64,000 nt of DNA from Phoronis australis (lineage: Eukaryota > Animalia > Phoronida). The stretch is from the NCBI GenBank assembly GCA_002633005.1, contig NMRA01000425.1, positions 336,333-400,332 of the forward strand, read 5' to 3'. The notes beneath the pieces were generated by a model. That model saw only the letters and a program-made list of their open reading frames with translations, had not been told where the DNA came from and searched no databases. This document shows, in pieces, positions 12,061-22,813 of the stretch. The translations under genes and the position numbers were made by a program. Numbering within the stretch: the first letter of the stretch is position 1; the number at the start of each line of letters is the position of its first letter.

Positions 12061-15000
12061 CAATCTGAGGTTTCTAATTACATGCTTATTACTTTACTTT
12101 GTACTCTATGTTGATGCCGTGCTTCATTGGTTGTTGTATTCCATTTACTTGTTACGCTGTTTGTTTTCTTTATAGGTAGCAGTACATCTTTCGCCGCTGT
12201 GATTGGGTTTCTTTCCAGTGGCTGCAATAGCATTTGCATAGTCGAAGAGTAGCTTCACCAGCCAGCTATTAGTACGTATTAGCCTCTGTATGTTACGCGG
12301 GTTTTGGTGACTAGCGTTTCCCGAGTTTACCGGCATTCGTTGACAAGATCTGTAACTCGAATCATCCTCGGATGCTGGAACTTTTAGATTTAGCACAGAC
12401 TGTTTGCCAAACTGTTGTAAGTACTGAGTATTATAGCATAGCATGTTGTACTCGTGTGTATCTACTGAGTTTAGAGCGTGTATAGTTGTTGTTTAACGTA
12501 TGGTGTCATCCAGCTGCTTTTTGGCGCATGTGTTGCGCGGTACCCGGTTCATGGAATAAATAGTTACGGGTCGCAGTTGGGCAGTTGTTTGTGTATCAGT
12601 GGTAATGGTTCCCAGTTGTAGAATATATAGTACGGGTTCCAGTTAATTTTGTATTGTTAGCGAGTTAGTATTTGTTAGGCCAGTTATCTGTAGAGTAATT
12701 GTCACGGGTCTTTCTTGCGCTCTGATATACAGTGCTTGCTAATTAATTACGGTTGCTTGCCGAGTATTCAGACTGTTTTTTTTTTTCTTTACTGCGGATA
12801 ACCGCTTGTTTCTCCTTTTCATCGCTTGTTGAGTTTTCACCTTTTCAACGCTGCTTTGGCATCTCATTCAACGCTTGTTCGGACACTTTCCATCGCTTGT
12901 AACTCTATCGTTTGACGAATAAAGTGTGTTATACAAACCATAGGCGGATTTAGGGCTGCCACAAAAAATATAACAGCAAGAGCGTAGGGAAATGTTGAGT
13001 TTATCAATTAACCCCGGAAATTAAAATTATACGGATGAAACAAGATTTAAATGTGTGCAGTTTTAGTGTTTCAAGTGTCAAATTTGGAACACGGCGCAAT
13101 GGTAACGGAACTATGGCTAATCTCCCGCGATATCCCAGGCAACCAGCAGTGGCGCTGCGCACTACGACTCCGTTTCCGTCGTCTGCTCCACTGCGCAATG
13201 AAGAAAATTACTTCATTTTTAAAGAAAATGGAACCTGAGTGACGATGAAAAAACAGAAGCTGCTGGTAAGATGTGAATTTTAATCGAAGCCTTAGTGAAT
13301 CACTAAGAAACTCATAATTCTCTCTTTGTCAAACCTTAACTTAAGACGATTTCTAAAGATATCCCGTAATTATTGCCAACACGAAAAACGGATTTGGTCT
13401 TTTGGGCAATTGAATACCATTTTAAACACATCAAATTTGTTACGAACAGATTGCACAAAATATAAAACGTGTAATGAGCATTACAAAAAGAAGTACGTTT
13501 CTCGCGCAAACGCTGTGGACCATAAACAAGTAGCTCTCTTAGTACATAAGTAGGAGTGAAATCGTGGTGGTGTACTCATTCAGTTTTGTTTGAGTATAGA
13601 TCACGTAGCAATGCGGATGACAATTGTCTTATGATGGATGATGGTTTGAACTCTGCTCTTATCATTCAAATGCGACGCCGATGATGCATCGTGGCAGAAC
13701 GAGGATTGGTTGAAATCACCTGAACTGGATGGAAAACTTCTTTTTAATATGTGTTAATAAGCTAAACCCAGGTTTATTGACCCTGCCGTAAAATGCATGA
13801 TTAATGCATGTACGCCTCGTTGTATGAATAAACGACATCGGTTTTCAAAACTGCACGGATGTAGCAATCCACTTAATGGATTCGTTGCATATACCTGATG
13901 TTATTTGTTGTATAATTGTTTTGATCTGGTTTGTGCGCTTCGTTACAAAATCAACCACTGAATTCATGATCACCCAAGCTTCCGATGGATGGGCAAACCA
14001 TTCACTAAAGTTTGAGAAACGGTATTGTTTAGAGCGAATAGCTATTAGCACAGTAGTCAAACAATGAGCGATATGCATGAAACAGTGCAACCCCCGTTAC
14101 AACGGAATGTTATCAGGGTGCTGTTAAACTCTTGAAGCTAGCCTTCCCAATGTTAAATTAAGCCATAGAACTCTAAGAACGGTTTGCTTCGTTTCCAATA
14201 TTAAAAGAACAATACAAATAAAGTATCAGCTACGCTCAATGCTTTGATCCATTTCAAGGCTAAGTGGCCGAAATCAAAACTTGGTTTCTTGATAAGAAAC
14301 ACGGGTTCAATGGACCATGTGCTTTTAGAGTTACCTGTGTCAAACTACTTGTAGACTATTAATTTAGACTTTTTGCCCCAATAATATCGGTTTGGGTCTT
14401 CAGTTGAAGTGGGCGAGGGGAAATCTGTGATTGGACTGAAACGGTGATATTTTAGAAGGGCTAGCCAATTCTACGGTTTTCTGAGGTATTTCCGATTTTG
14501 GTTTTACTCTTTTGTGCTCTGAATGTTTTTATGACAGAAAAGTCTTCAAACATAGTCTCTTGTAGCAAATTTCAAGTTTTAAGCTGTAAAGCCGTATCAA
14601 GCTAAAAGTGTAGGTCAAAATGGAACATCTTACTGACCGTGACGACGTCCAACTGAAGTTGAAATCATCAGTAGTGTCTCAAGTACAAGGTCGAGGATTG
14701 TAGACCACAGTGAGATTGTGAAACCATCACGCTAGTATGTTTGGACTCTAGTATTCGAGTGATGATTTATGTCATAACCCTTCCGGATCTTCATTGCATT
14801 CTGTCGTTACGCGTTCCGAATATATCTTCGATTTGGGCTCTTTGGTACTGATTGGCGTTTACTGGTGACACTTTTGGGGAGGAAGTCAGTTATGCCTTAG
14901 TGTTTTTGACTTAAAATTTGACTAAGTGCGTCTCCTAGTTAGAAATGTTTTACCACAAATTTCAATACTGCCAGTTATTTTGATTTCGCAATTACAAATA

Positions 15001-15139
15001 TTGGAAAGCACGTCTTTCGAAAAAGAATCATTAAACTCATATAATATGGTGACAAAGATTCACTATGCTTATTGAGGATCTTTCAGACTTTCTTAATCAA
15101 GAATGTTTTAAAAATTTACATCAAGTCAATCCAATATTA

Positions 15140-15247
15140 ATGTTACTTGGTAAATTGTGGGCATTAAAATTTTATAAAATTAAAGTGAATCTAATGATTC
15201 ACTTTAATTTTATAAAATTATAATGCCCACAATTTACCAAGTAACAT
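15140..15247. repeat. Near-perfect 108-bp palindrome (hairpin)
   Basis: 52-bp arms ATGTTACTTGGTAAATTGTGGGCATT...GTGAATC / GATTCAC...AATGCCCACAATTTACCAAGTAACAT, 4-nt loop TAAT, one mismatch. Confidence 0.9.
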
Positions 15248-15602
15248 GAAATTTGAATGAAATTTGGTCTAATTGTCTTTTAAAATTAGAATTGAAGCTG
15301 ACACATGTTGTCGTTATTAGCATCCAAAAACAACATCCACAAATTTTAGAATATTTCGATTTTATTGCAATGTTACCTAGATATTCTTTTTAAATAAAAA
15401 TTTATTTTTGAAAAGAAAATATATTGCATTGCCAACAAAAAATTAAAAAGGAGGTGATCCTTAAATCTCCTGGCTCTTTTTGGTCGTCCATCCCACTGCT
15501 TCTCAGGCGATGCTCCCTGAACTTGATGTAATCCGTCTCGATGCTCCTCCAGCAACATGTTCCCTCCGTTTGATACCCCCCCCCCCCCCCCCCCCCCCCC
15601 CN

Positions 15603-16442
15603 TGGACAATTGTAGATTGATTCTGTTAACTTTAGGCCTACATGGACAATTGTAGATTGATTCTGTTAACTTTAGGCCTACATGGACAATTGTAGATTGA
15701 TTCTGTTAACTTTAGGCCTACATGGACAATTGTAGATTGATTCTGTTAACTTTAGGCCTACATGGACAATTGTAGATTGATTCTGTTAACTTTAGGCCTA
15801 CATGGACAATTGTAGATTGATTCTGTTAACTTTAGGCCTACATGGACAATTGTAGATTGATTCTGTTAACTTTAGGCCTACATGGACAATTGTAGATTGA
15901 TTCTGTTAACTTTAGGCCTACATGGACAATTGTAGATTGATTCTGTTAACTTTAGGCCTACATGGACAATTGTAGATTGATTCTGTTAACTTTAGGCCTA
16001 CATGGACAATTGTAGATTGATTCTGTTAACTTTAGGCCTACATGGACAATTGTAGATTGATTCTGTTAACTTTAGGCCTACATGGACAATTGTAGATTGA
16101 TTCTGTTAACTTTAGGCCTACATGGACAATTGTAGATTGATTCTGTTAACTTTAGGCCTACATGGACAATTGTAGATTGATTCTGTTAACTTTAGGCCTA
16201 CATGGACAATTGTAGATTGATTCTGTTAACTTTAGGCCTACATGGACAATTGTAGATTGATTCTGTTAACTTTAGGCCTACATGGACAATTGTAGATTGA
16301 TTCTGTTAACTTTAGGCCTACATGGACAATTGTAGATTGATTCTGTTAACTTTAGGCCTACATCGACAATTGTAGATTGATTCTGTTAACTTTAGGCCTA
16401 CATGGACAATTGTAGATTGATTCTGTTAACTTTAGGCCTACA
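15603..16442. repeat. 40-bp tandem repeat, ~21 almost identical copies
   Basis: Unit CATGGACAATTGTAGATTGATTCTGTTAACTTTAGGCCTA, one variant copy at 16361. Begins right after poly-C and the N at 15602. Confidence 0.95.
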
Positions 16443-16739
16443 CGTACGTTTGTGTGACAAGAAGTATAGTCAAATGATGTGTGAATTTTCTCTGCCAGCT
16501 GGCTGCGTGATATTTTTTATCTACTTGCAGTTTTAAGTTGTTGTGACATCGAAATGTAATAAGCTAGGAACATAGTATTTACGAAAATGGAAATCCATTA
16601 AATGTTAATTATGCGGAATTTCGAAAAGGCACGTTCAAACTTGCTGAAGATACCAACAACTTGATTTCTGGATTCTTTTTCTTGGTGTACTCGACATAGT
16701 AGTAGTACTACCATTAAAATAACTACACTTTTAACTGTT

Positions 16740-17135
16740 TTAATGACATTAATGCTTATGGTGATGATAATAACAATAACTATAGCAATAAAAATAATAA
16801 TAATAGTTATAATAATGATAATAAAATAGTAATAAAAATAATGATGATGGTAATGGTTGTGGTTATTTTTACTTTTATTGTAAGTTATTATAGTAATAAT
16901 TGTGAGAATAATATCGGTAATAATTGTGATAATGATAATAGTTATGTTGATAGTGACATTGAAAGAGACAACGGTGGCGGTATTGACGTAGTGGAAACAT
17001 CAACGGTAAATAATCTTAATAGCGTTATTATGGGTAAAATACAGTTACAATGATAATACAGTAGAAATATCACTAATAATAATGATAATGACAATGGTGG
17101 TGACAGTGATGATTATAACTATGATTATATTTCTA
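16740..17135. repeat. AT-rich (AAT/GAT)n low-complexity region
   Basis: Runs of aataataat / gatgataat. Confidence 0.75.
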
Positions 17136-17144
17136 TTTTTATAG

Positions 17145-17789
17145 CAGCGCTCGATTTGGCGACCTGCAGGTCGCCAGTGCGACCTCAGATTGTGTTTGGC
17201 TACCTGGGAAAAATTCCAAGTCGCCACGAGGTCGACACTGCGAGCATCAAAGTTAGACAATAATTTGTTAGACATTCGTTTCAAGGTACGTGTTGATTTG
17301 CAAACTGTAAATTACTAACAGTTTTCCTAGATGTATTATCTTTAATTCACAATTGTTCCGTTCGCATTTCTTAAATTCAATTGGCACCACGTTTAAATTA
17401 CAACATGAAGTAAACAGACAGAAGCAGGAAATTTTCGACAAAAGTCGTGTAAGATCGCCACTTGTTCATACATTCGTCTTCGTCCTATGGTCGTCTGCCG
17501 CGGCGTCCTATGGTCGTCTGCCGCGGCGTCCTATGGTCGTTTGTCTTTCGTCAGGAGGAGGAATTATTGTGTTAGAGAATGAACGTTCGTAGATTTAGGA
17601 AGATTTTAGAGAAGTGCAAGGGGCGTGATTATCGTTACAAGGCGTACGAAAGTTTACGCCGCATAGGAAAATAGGATTCAGACACGCGGGATATTTTCGG
17701 TTTTGGCGACCTCAGATTTCGTATAGCGACCTAAGATTTTTGTCAGGACGCCAAATGCGACTTGGCGTTTAGCTAAGCGTCGAGCGCTG
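17145..17789. mobile_element. MITE, hAT-like termini
   Basis: CAGCGCTCGA..TCGAGCGCTG terminal inverted repeats, subterminal GCGACC/GGTCGCC motifs, no ORF; no intact TSD seen. Confidence 0.55.
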
Positions 17790-17867
17790 TATACTTATGA
17801 TACTGAAACAATAAGCATAATAAAATACTAATAATCAAAGCGATAGTGACACTAAGAGTAATAATTA

Positions 17868-17982
17868 TGATGATGATAGCGATGGTGATGGCGATGGTGA
17901 TAGTGATGGCGAATGCAATGGCGATGGTTATAGGGATGGCCATGGCGATGGCGATGGTTATAGGGATGGCGATGGTGATGGC
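17868..17982. repeat. (GATGGC/GATGGT)n microsatellite
   Basis: gatggtgatggcgatggtgatagtgatggc...; explains the ITIAI ORF. Confidence 0.8.
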
Positions 17983-18389
17983 CACAATTTCTGCGCAATT
18001 CTTACACTGTTAGAAGAGTTGGGCGAATTTTCTAGGTCACTATTAAACGTTGTAAACATAAATTTAGCTTTGCAAGATTTGAACGTGAAGTTGGATGTAA
18101 CTTATTAATCGCTCCGACAGGTGGTGTAATAGTCAAGAACTGATTTTGATCTAATTTAGTTGGAGAGCCAGCAGGATTTTATTCATACTTTTAATTGCAA
18201 AAGGTTTGAGCCGGTGTGTAATTCTATTGATATATAAACTACCATTGAAGAAAAGAGGCGTATTCACTTGCACAATCCTGGACTTTGTTCCCTGGGGGGT
18301 CCAAAAAGGCCCCAAAATTCCATTTAATTAAAATTTCGAGTTCAAAATCCGTTTCCAGTTAATTTCGTTCAAATCACCACTCAAATTAA

Positions 18390-19340
18390 AGAGTTCCCAC
18401 CATGACCCTGTGTCCCAAAAAGAATTTCATTGATACATATTAAGAGATTTAACAGCCTTTAGTATACCTGTTGCTAAGAAACAACCCAGAAATATTTTTA
18501 AAATATTTTCCTGTTATCGGGGTTGTACGTAGTGGTTGGAAGATCGTCTCATCCGTTGTTGTTTTTACCAGTGCGATACTCAGAATTTGAAAGGAAAGTC
18601 CGCGGAGAGCCGCCTTTTTCAGACATGAAAAGGTGTGTTTGTGGAGGCTGTAGTAACAGCAACTTGACTGAGAACGTCTCTGTGTTTGAATTTCTTAAAT
18701 TTGTGAAAGTCAAACAGAAATGTTATCGGTTTGTGCCCCGCACGAGAGTGTGGGATGTCAGTGTGGAACATGCGATTAATTTTTGGCACATTTCATGGAA
18801 TTGTGTTTCGACCAAACACAAAAGCGACAAATTTCATAAATAACGAACAAACTACTTCCATTCTAGGGCGAGTGATGCCAGGCCCTCGACCCCAGCCTGT
18901 ATCGAATGCTACGACACGTAGGCTTATGAATTGTGTTTATACCGTGCACCTTCCATCATGGCAATAGTGAATACGAGTGACTCGGGTTTACTGCGGCCTT
19001 TGTCAGTGGTTATTGAGTTCTGTTTTGTGAATATTCACCAACCATTGGTTCAGTTGGTTGTGTCTCGCCTATGTCTGCAGCATTTCTCGTGCAAGTGGGT
19101 CTGGTTTATACGGCCTCAAAGCCGACGAAGGTTCGCCAAGTGGGAAATCGAATACATTGTCCGATTCTTCAAGTACTTGAATGTGATGCCCGCATTCACT
19201 CTCTTATCTGTATGCATAATAACTGTCCAGTTCTCGCTCAAAATCGTCCTCGTCTTCTGATGTGCTGTATTCCGCCATTACAGTTGATTGTCAAGTGGCC
19301 AAACGTCTTCCACCCATTTTATCATTTAGGAGGGAACTTA
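18390..19340. mobile_element. Kolobok-like non-autonomous relic (THAP fragment on +, acidic ORF fragment on -)
   Basis: TTAA followed by AGAGTTCCC..GGGAACT ends. MKRCVCGGCSNSNLTENVSVFEF..CYRFVPRTRVW is a THAP zinc-finger N-terminus (18625-18800). A converging decayed ORF MAEYSTSEDEDDF..LRPY..DPLAR resembles the start of P2X7-like C-terminal ORFs. Confidence 0.45.
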
Positions 19341-20199
19341 GAAATAACTAAATTTTCTTCATGTTTACATGTGTATTTAGTTAAATTTTATTGTATTCAT
19401 TTCGTATTAGCTAACTGAAACCTCAAAAACTAAGAAAATTCATGGTGAGAACTTTTAAAATGAAGCAATTTAAGACGCCAAAAATTCCTGGGATATTAAT
19501 TAGGACACCTACTAATTAACGATCAATTAACGGTTTATTTCAACTTTTGAAGTGCAACAAAATTTCTTTTCTTAAAAAATAGTTTAGTAACTCTGGACAC
19601 CATGTCCACAATTTAAGACGCGATTTTTTCTTGGGGTTTACAGATAAGACGGTGTGCTTGGACCTCAAGGGATAACAAGGACCCCAAAAATGAGGTTATA
19701 CAAAAGAGAAAATATGACAATTTTGATTAACATTGTTTCAAATAAAAAATACTACTTTTGACATGAAAAATCCAGTTCTTGTGCTATTAATTAAGACTCT
19801 TATAAACTAACGGACAATTAAGGATTTACTTAAACTTTTAAGTACAAAAATGCAAAAAGATAGGTTTGCACTGTTGGACACCCTATCAACAACTTTAAAG
19901 AAGCAATTTTCATGGGGTTTGTAGATAAGACGGGGGGAGGGGTGTTTGGACTCCGAGGGACAATAAAACCCTGTTGCAGGAAGGGGACTTATTAATAGAA
20001 GGACCTGAACAGAAAAGTGACTCTAGCTTCAAAAAGCAATTCGAACGCCGTTCCAACGAGAGCAACCCGTCTTTCAAACCAAGGAATGGTCGAGCAACTT
20101 CTACAATTAACTTCCAGATGAAAGAAAAGTGTATTTGAGTGATGGAAGGATGCACTCGGAACTTCGTTGAAGATAGAAGGATATGCATACCATCTGTTC

Positions 20200-21027
20200 C
20201 ATCTCATAATTGGAATTACTCTGAAGCTGACAACAGAGTCAACCTTCGTAAGATTTAGTTGGACAAGTCCACATCTGATGCCATCGTCATAAGAGCTTCT
20301 GACACCGACATTCTAGTGTTGCTCCCACACCATGTTAACATCCAAGCTGTGGATGGAGATTGGGACTAGAGCACAAAGCGATCTGCGTTACGTAAACGTG
20401 ACTAAGATTGCTACTGCGATAGGCCAAGCTATGTGTGCTGCACTCCAAGCCAACTCGCATTCACTTGGTGTGATGTGTAAGAAAAGAACCATATGCAATC
20501 GTGGCAAAAAGTGACAAGTTGCAGAGAGCTTTTGCTTCATTGAGGCGAGATGTCTCACGAGAAGAGGTCGTCAAAATCTTCCAGGATTCTGTATGCGTGT
20601 TGTACGGAGCACGGAAGCTTGTCCCATTCAATAAGCACCGTTTCAACGTGGTCGAAAAAATAGAAACGAAAGTCAAATGCTAAGCACCCATTTAAAAAGC
20701 TTCGAGAGCGGTAGTATTCCACCGTGTAAAGCAGAACTAGCATATCACGTGGATAGAGGTGCATTTGCTGCTAGACTATGGGGAAGCGCTCATCTCCAAA
20801 CCTTGGACTAAATACCCACCAATGCATTGGAAAATGTCGACGGCAAATTTTGCATCATTTGGTTCAGTGTAGAACAGATGCTCCATTCGCTCGTTACAGG
20901 TGTTCAAGTCGAAACTGAGTCAGGTGACAATGGTGGCGATGCTGAGAGGGATGGTGGTATGGACAGTGATGTAGACGAAGATCATGATATCCTAACAAGA
21001 GAAATGGAACCGTCTGATGAAAAGTGA
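20200..21027 (+). pseudogene. Decayed XPG/PIN-like nuclease region of an Academ transposase
   Basis: Ordered motifs EAD.RV, AIVIRASDTDILVLL, IGQAMCAAL, SIPPCKAELAYHVDRGAFAARLWGSA, ENVDGKFCIIWF and an acidic tail, broken by frameshifts and stops. Confidence 0.7.
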
Positions 21028-21415
21028 TGACTGTCACAACTTAGATGTTTGCAGTTAAATTACCTTTTGGATTTCGGCTTAATAACATGATACAATTAAT
21101 AGAGCCTGTTATGCATTACAATCCCATGTACTTTTGCATTGCGTTCATTGTCTGAAGTCGTGCGTCTGCGACTTAGTCTGTGAGGGAAATGTGTCTGAGC
21201 ACTTAATTTGTCATTTAATTTTGAAAGTTTCTTGTAAATTAGTTCATGTCGACCACAACGATACCGGTATGTTTATGGTCAAAATCGATTCTCATTTGCC
21301 AAAGATAAGTCTAAATTTCTATACAGTAAATAGTTCCATTGAAGAACAGCACCGTCTGCAGCCTGGCATTCTGATGGAGTCGTCACTCTGGGTCGAGTTA
21401 CCTGCTGTGCAAACT

Positions 21416-21580
21416 CGGTGGTCTCGATGGCTCAGTGGCTAGAGCGTCAGCACGGTTAGCAGAGGGTCCTGGGTTCGAGTTGCATTCGGGGACAGAAATC
21501 TGTTCAGACTTATGTTCATTAGGTCACGTGATGTGGCCAAACGGTGGCATGTGGAGCACACTTAAAATGTTTGTGAAACT
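21416..21580 (+). mobile_element. tRNA-derived SINE fragment
   Basis: A box TGGCTCAGTGG and B box GGGTTCGAGT; body ATTAGGTCACGTGATG..CTTAAAATGTTTG shared with 46883-47022. Confidence 0.65.
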
Positions 21581-22813
21581 TGGCACTAGTATCCTAATTG
21601 ACCTCCCCTTGTGAATTAAATTCAGAGCCTTAGCGAAATTATTGTTGCTTCAAGCATTTCAGCTTTAATGTGAAGCCTGCTTCGTTACTTACGGAGTAAG
21701 CTTCGTAATTATTAAGTCCTTAAAGTTTCTTGTCCTCAGTTGTATTTTTGTTCATTTGAAATATTGGTTTATCCATAGTAGTAATCAAAACTTATATTTC
21801 ATCTTTATACAAGTTCATTTTGTGAGTCTTCGTATCCCTGTAAGTCTAAACACCCCTGTCTTATCTGCAAACCTCAAAAAAGCTTCAGTGGATATTGTGT
21901 CCGGAGTTACTGAATTATATTTTGGTAAAAAGAATTTTTATTGCATCTTACAGTTTAAATAAATTGTTGATTGACCGTTGATTAATAGGTGTCTTGATTA
22001 ATAATACAAGAATTTTCTTTGTCATAAGTTGTATGTTTGCTCATTTGAAATAATGTTTTATCCATAGTGGTAATCAAAAGTTTAGTATTTCCTCGTTTAT
22101 ACAAGTTCATTTTGGGGGTCTTGATATCCCTTGTCTTCCAAACCCCCACGTCTTATCTGCAAATCCCAGAAAAAAATCGCGTCTTAAGTTGTGTACATAG
22201 TTTCCAGAGTTTTAAACTATCTTTTGGAAAAGATTATTGGATGCGCTTCATAAGTTTAAATAAAGCTTTAACTGTTTGTTAATTATTTGACGTCTAAACA
22301 AGTAACCCCAGGCATTATTGCCTATTATGTTGCATCATTATAATTTGAGTGGTGATTTGAATGAAATGAACTTAAATTACGGATTTTGAACTCAAAATTT
22401 TAATTAAATGGATTTTGGGTCCTCTTTTGGACCCTCCCCTCAGAGACCAAAGCCCAAGATTGTGCAACTTAAGACGCCCCTTTCCTTCAGTGGTAGTTTA
22501 TATACAATAGAATTACGCACTCAAACCTTTTGTCCTGCTGACTTTCTATCTAACTTAACAAGTGTATTGCTCATCATTTTTCACGTGGTTTCCGCCTGAA
22601 CAAACTGAAGGACAGCACGCAAAGAAAATCTTGGACATGCGATTGGTTGAAACCATGTCAATCAGTTGATCAGCGATTCCTTTCGAGGATTTCAGTATAA
22701 ATGACGAGAGTTTCGTAGTATATGTCCCATACAAACATCGCGACGAGTCAACAGTCACGCGACTTCGGCATACTTACAACGTTTAGTGTCAGGCTGAAAA
22801 GGCAATACTGACA

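Larger units (their letters stand above)
18157..22552 (+). mobile_element. Older Academ (XPG-type) transposon relic with long TIRs and nested insertions
   Basis: 18157-18390 is inverted relative to 22340-22552 (TAG..CTA ends, flanks ATT/ACT). Subterminal repeats at ~19460-19990 and ~21700-22330. Decayed XPG-like coding region inside. Confidence 0.65.

Noticed and set aside
12132-12935. Possible solo LTR (TGTTGT..AATAAA..TACA)
   Set aside because: No direct TSD, PBS or second copy in the window, so it cannot be supported.
15603-16442. CRISPR-like periodic array
   Set aside because: Head-to-tail identical units without spacers, no cas genes, eukaryotic context.
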